This document shows positions 60,288 through 61,792 of a stretch of DNA of 61,792 nt, in pieces. Each line of letters begins with the position of its first letter. Within the stretch, counting starts at the first letter, position 1. A program made the translations under genes and the position numbers. The notes under the pieces were generated by a model. The model was given only the letters and a program-made list of their open reading frames with translations. It was not told the origin of the DNA and did not search any database. The stretch spans positions 1-61,792 of the forward strand of contig CANPVI010000001.1 of NCBI GenBank assembly GCA_947581665.1. The letters are read 5' to 3'. This DNA is from an uncultured Atopobiaceae bacterium (lineage in GTDB: Bacteria > Actinomycetota > Coriobacteriia > Coriobacteriales > Atopobiaceae).

Positions 60288-61295
60288 TTATTCCGAATAG
60301 TTTTTGAGTGCTTGCTGTATGTGTTCCTTGATGCGGTCCACCACGGTCTGCGGTGCTGTCACTTTTAGCGTTTCTCCAAACCCACACACCCACGAAAGGA
60401 ACGGATTGCTTATCTGGACTTCGACCGAAAATTCTATCTTGCCATCGCCTTTCTCACGGATTTTGATGCCATCTCCAAACTTGTCGTACACGGCGTCCAG
60501 AATGCCCACAGAACCCTCAAAGGTTACTTCCTCGGTTTCCCCTCCGAACATACTCATGAGGCTCCTCTGGTGGCGTTTAAGGTCGAAGTCTGCCTTCTCT
60601 TTACTTGGTGTGATTTTCTCGTCAAGCATCCGTACTTCGTCCATCTTGTCCACTCGATATTGCACCACGTTGCCGTGGTAGTCATTGTAGCAAAACAGGT
60701 AGTATTTATCGTCCTTGAACACGGTTGCTATGGGGTTCACCACATACCACCTTTTCTCGCCGGGGACAGATGTCCGCATCCGATATTGCCGTTGGTGCTT
60801 GGCATCGTAGTCGAAGTAATAAAAGCCGACTTTGTGTTTGTTGGTAATCGCTTGTGCTATTTCGCTGACCGAATAATAAATGCTTTCGTTCGTCCCCTTG
60901 ACCGTTCCGAACTGCACGATATTGTGTTTCAGCACCTCCGCTTTCTGCGTCCCCGCGAGTTGCGCTATCTTGTCTATCAGCACTGGGGTTTTCTTCTCGG
61001 TGATGAAACTTGCCGCCTGCACAGCGTCCATAAGGATTTGTAATTCGGGCAAGTCAAAGCTGCGATCCACGACATAGTATTCGTTGGTGCGTCCTCGGTT
61101 GCTCAATATCTCATAGCCGAATTGGTTAAGTTCTTCGATGTTGCGGTAGAGGGTACGGCGGTCGCACGAGATGCCGCACTCCGCCAATCTTGCTATAAGG
61201 TCAGCGGTACTCATCGGGTGGTCTTCGTCCGTTTCCCGATTGAGGATTTCCCAAATTTTCAGATACTTGATTTTTGAAATGCTGTCCGTTACCAA
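60288..61295 (-). CDS. WYL-domain transcriptional regulator (HTH-WYL-WCX; BrxR/CapW/YafY type)
   Basis: N-terminal HTH ..YLKIWEILNRETDEDHPMSTADLIARLAECGISCDRRTLYRNIEEL.. WYL core ..HKVGFYYFDYD..RWYVVNPIATVFKDDKYYLFCY.. TTG start with GGAGGG SD. Confidence 0.8.
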   Translation of the reverse strand: MVTDSISKIKYLKIWEILNRETDEDHPMSTADLIARLAECGISCDRRTLYRNIEELNQFGYEILSNRGRTNEYYVVDRSFDLPELQILMDAVQAASFITEKKTPVLIDKIAQLAGTQKAEVLKHNIVQFGTVKGTNESIYYSVSEIAQAITNKHKVGFYYFDYDAKHQRQYRMRTSVPGEKRWYVVNPIATVFKDDKYYLFCYNDYHGNVVQYRVDKMDEVRMLDEKITPSKEKADFDLKRHQRSLMSMFGGETEEVTFEGSVGILDAVYDKFGDGIKIREKGDGKIEFSVEVQISNPFLSWVCGFGETLKVTAPQTVVDRIKEHIQQALKNYSE

Positions 61296-61321
61296 GGTCT
61301 ATCCCTCCATTATGCTCTCCT

Positions 61322-61377
61322 ATTATATCATATCAGTCACCCTTTTGTAAAGGGCGAGATGTCGCAAAAGTGCGACA
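61322..61377 (-). promoter_or_regulatory. WYL-operon promoter: palindrome TGTCGCA-cttt-TGCGACA, 8 nt, TTTACA-18-TGaTATAAT
   Basis: -10 at 61322..61327, -35 at 61346..61351 (inside CCCTTT-aca-AAAGGG), palindrome at 61360..61377. Confidence 0.65.
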
Positions 61378-61508
61378 ATTTATTGTTTCCTTTGCTCATA
61401 AAAAATAGCCGAGAGCTGCCCCACCCTCGGCTTAAAAAGGCGGCATCTATTATCGGATTTGCCCGCTTGTTTTTGGCTATATTTTATGTCGATTTGAGCG
61501 TGTTTTTT

Positions 61509-61708
61509 AGACTTTTCATCGGTCGTAAAATTGCCCAAATCAGACTTTTCATAGAGTACACGCTCACTTCAAACCCCCAAAACTGCTTGTTCCTTTGTGG
61601 CAGAGAAATCAAATCGTTGTTCCTATGAAAAGTCTGCACCCCGTCAAAACCCCATATTTTGGGGCAAAACTGCCCCCAAAATGGCATATTTAGTGTTAGA
61701 CTTTTTCC
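61509..61708. repeat. four copies of AGACTTTT(T)C(A/C) near the right end of the element
   Basis: Direct copies at 61509..61519, 61542..61552 and 61698..61708. Inverted copy ATGAAAAGTCT at 61625..61635. Also CAAAACTGC twice (about 61579 and 61665). Confidence 0.6.
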
Positions 61709-61717
61709 GCTCAAACA

Positions 61718-61722
61718 AACGG
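61718..61722. other. right junction (attR) candidate crossover core AACGG
   Basis: Identical pentamer and codon phase as at 1909..1913. GC jumps immediately to the right. Confidence 0.5.
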
Positions 61723-61792
61723 GGGGATAACGTGCAGCGTTTCCTCGAATTCGGGGTAGACGAGCCCCTCCCGCACCCCGAATTTGCCGTAC
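61718..61792 (-). pseudogene. terL: terminase large subunit, upstream fragment (continues beyond the right window edge)
   Basis: The reverse complement reads YGKFGVREGLVYPEFEETLHVIPP, then enters element DNA and hits a stop (..PPFV*). Confidence 0.6.

Larger units (their letters stand above)
1914..61717. mobile_element. integrated temperate phage (HK97-type head, HNH/cos packaging, siphovirus tail) with serine-recombinase integration module and a defence/accessory arm
   Basis: A complete structural, packaging and replication gene set is bounded by the two halves of a foreign terL. Three serine recombinases lie at the left end. GC is lower than in the flanks. Confidence 0.75.

Noticed and set aside
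61484-61714. 76-aa minus-strand ORF (and 61359..61628 on the plus strand) at the right end
   Set aside because: Both are built from the AGACTTTTCAT and CAAAACTGC repeats, lack an SD and run into the att core. The region is treated as non-coding recombination or regulatory DNA.

Overview
The window holds a ~59.8-kb, lower-GC temperate siphovirus-type prophage (about 1914..61717) with nearly all genes on the minus strand. It sits inside the terminase large-subunit gene of a second, visibly GC-richer prophage. That second prophage's portal and terL fragments form both window edges (1..1913 and 61718..61792). Joining the two terL fragments across a shared CCGTT restores one reading frame. Layout by + coordinate: (1) three tandem large serine recombinases; (2) a holin cassette with no recognisable endolysin; (3) tail fibre, Tal, Dit-like, tape measure, G/T chaperones and major tail; (4) neck proteins; (5) HK97-type capsid, protease and portal; (6) accessory island 1, with small genes, a 0.5-kb degenerate repeat array, two plus-strand genes, a ParB-methylase and a metallophosphoesterase; (7) terL; (8) accessory island 2, with GGCT, amidoligase, a Zn-ribbon protein, an ART-like protein, a double-HTH XRE, MetK and a long C5-methylase; (9) terS, a cos-like region and HNH; (10) an ArpU/sigma-like regulator; (11) a replication module with VRR-NUC, primase-helicase and SNF2; (12) a LexA-PolY-YolD cassette; (13) a dense regulatory hub with divergent consensus promoters and two attenuator-like leaders; (14) a mini-HNH gene; (15) an acidic-protein/HExxH operon; (16) an XRE/SLOG pair; (17) a fourth, truncated serine recombinase; (18) a defence-like arm made of C5-MTase + GHKL (MORC-like) ATPase + Mrr-helicase + unknown, and a WYL regulator + four unknown genes. 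Two recurrent non-coding signals stand out. Eight copies of a promoter/leader module (TTTCGCTGGGCTC, exactly 16 nt, TATnnT) carry structure-conserved hairpins next to the SD. Four copies of the palindrome TGTCGCA-N4-TGCGACA occur, three of them exactly 8 nt upstream of consensus -35 boxes. No tRNA, rRNA or CRISPR was seen. All functional calls rest on motif recognition by eye; no database search was possible.
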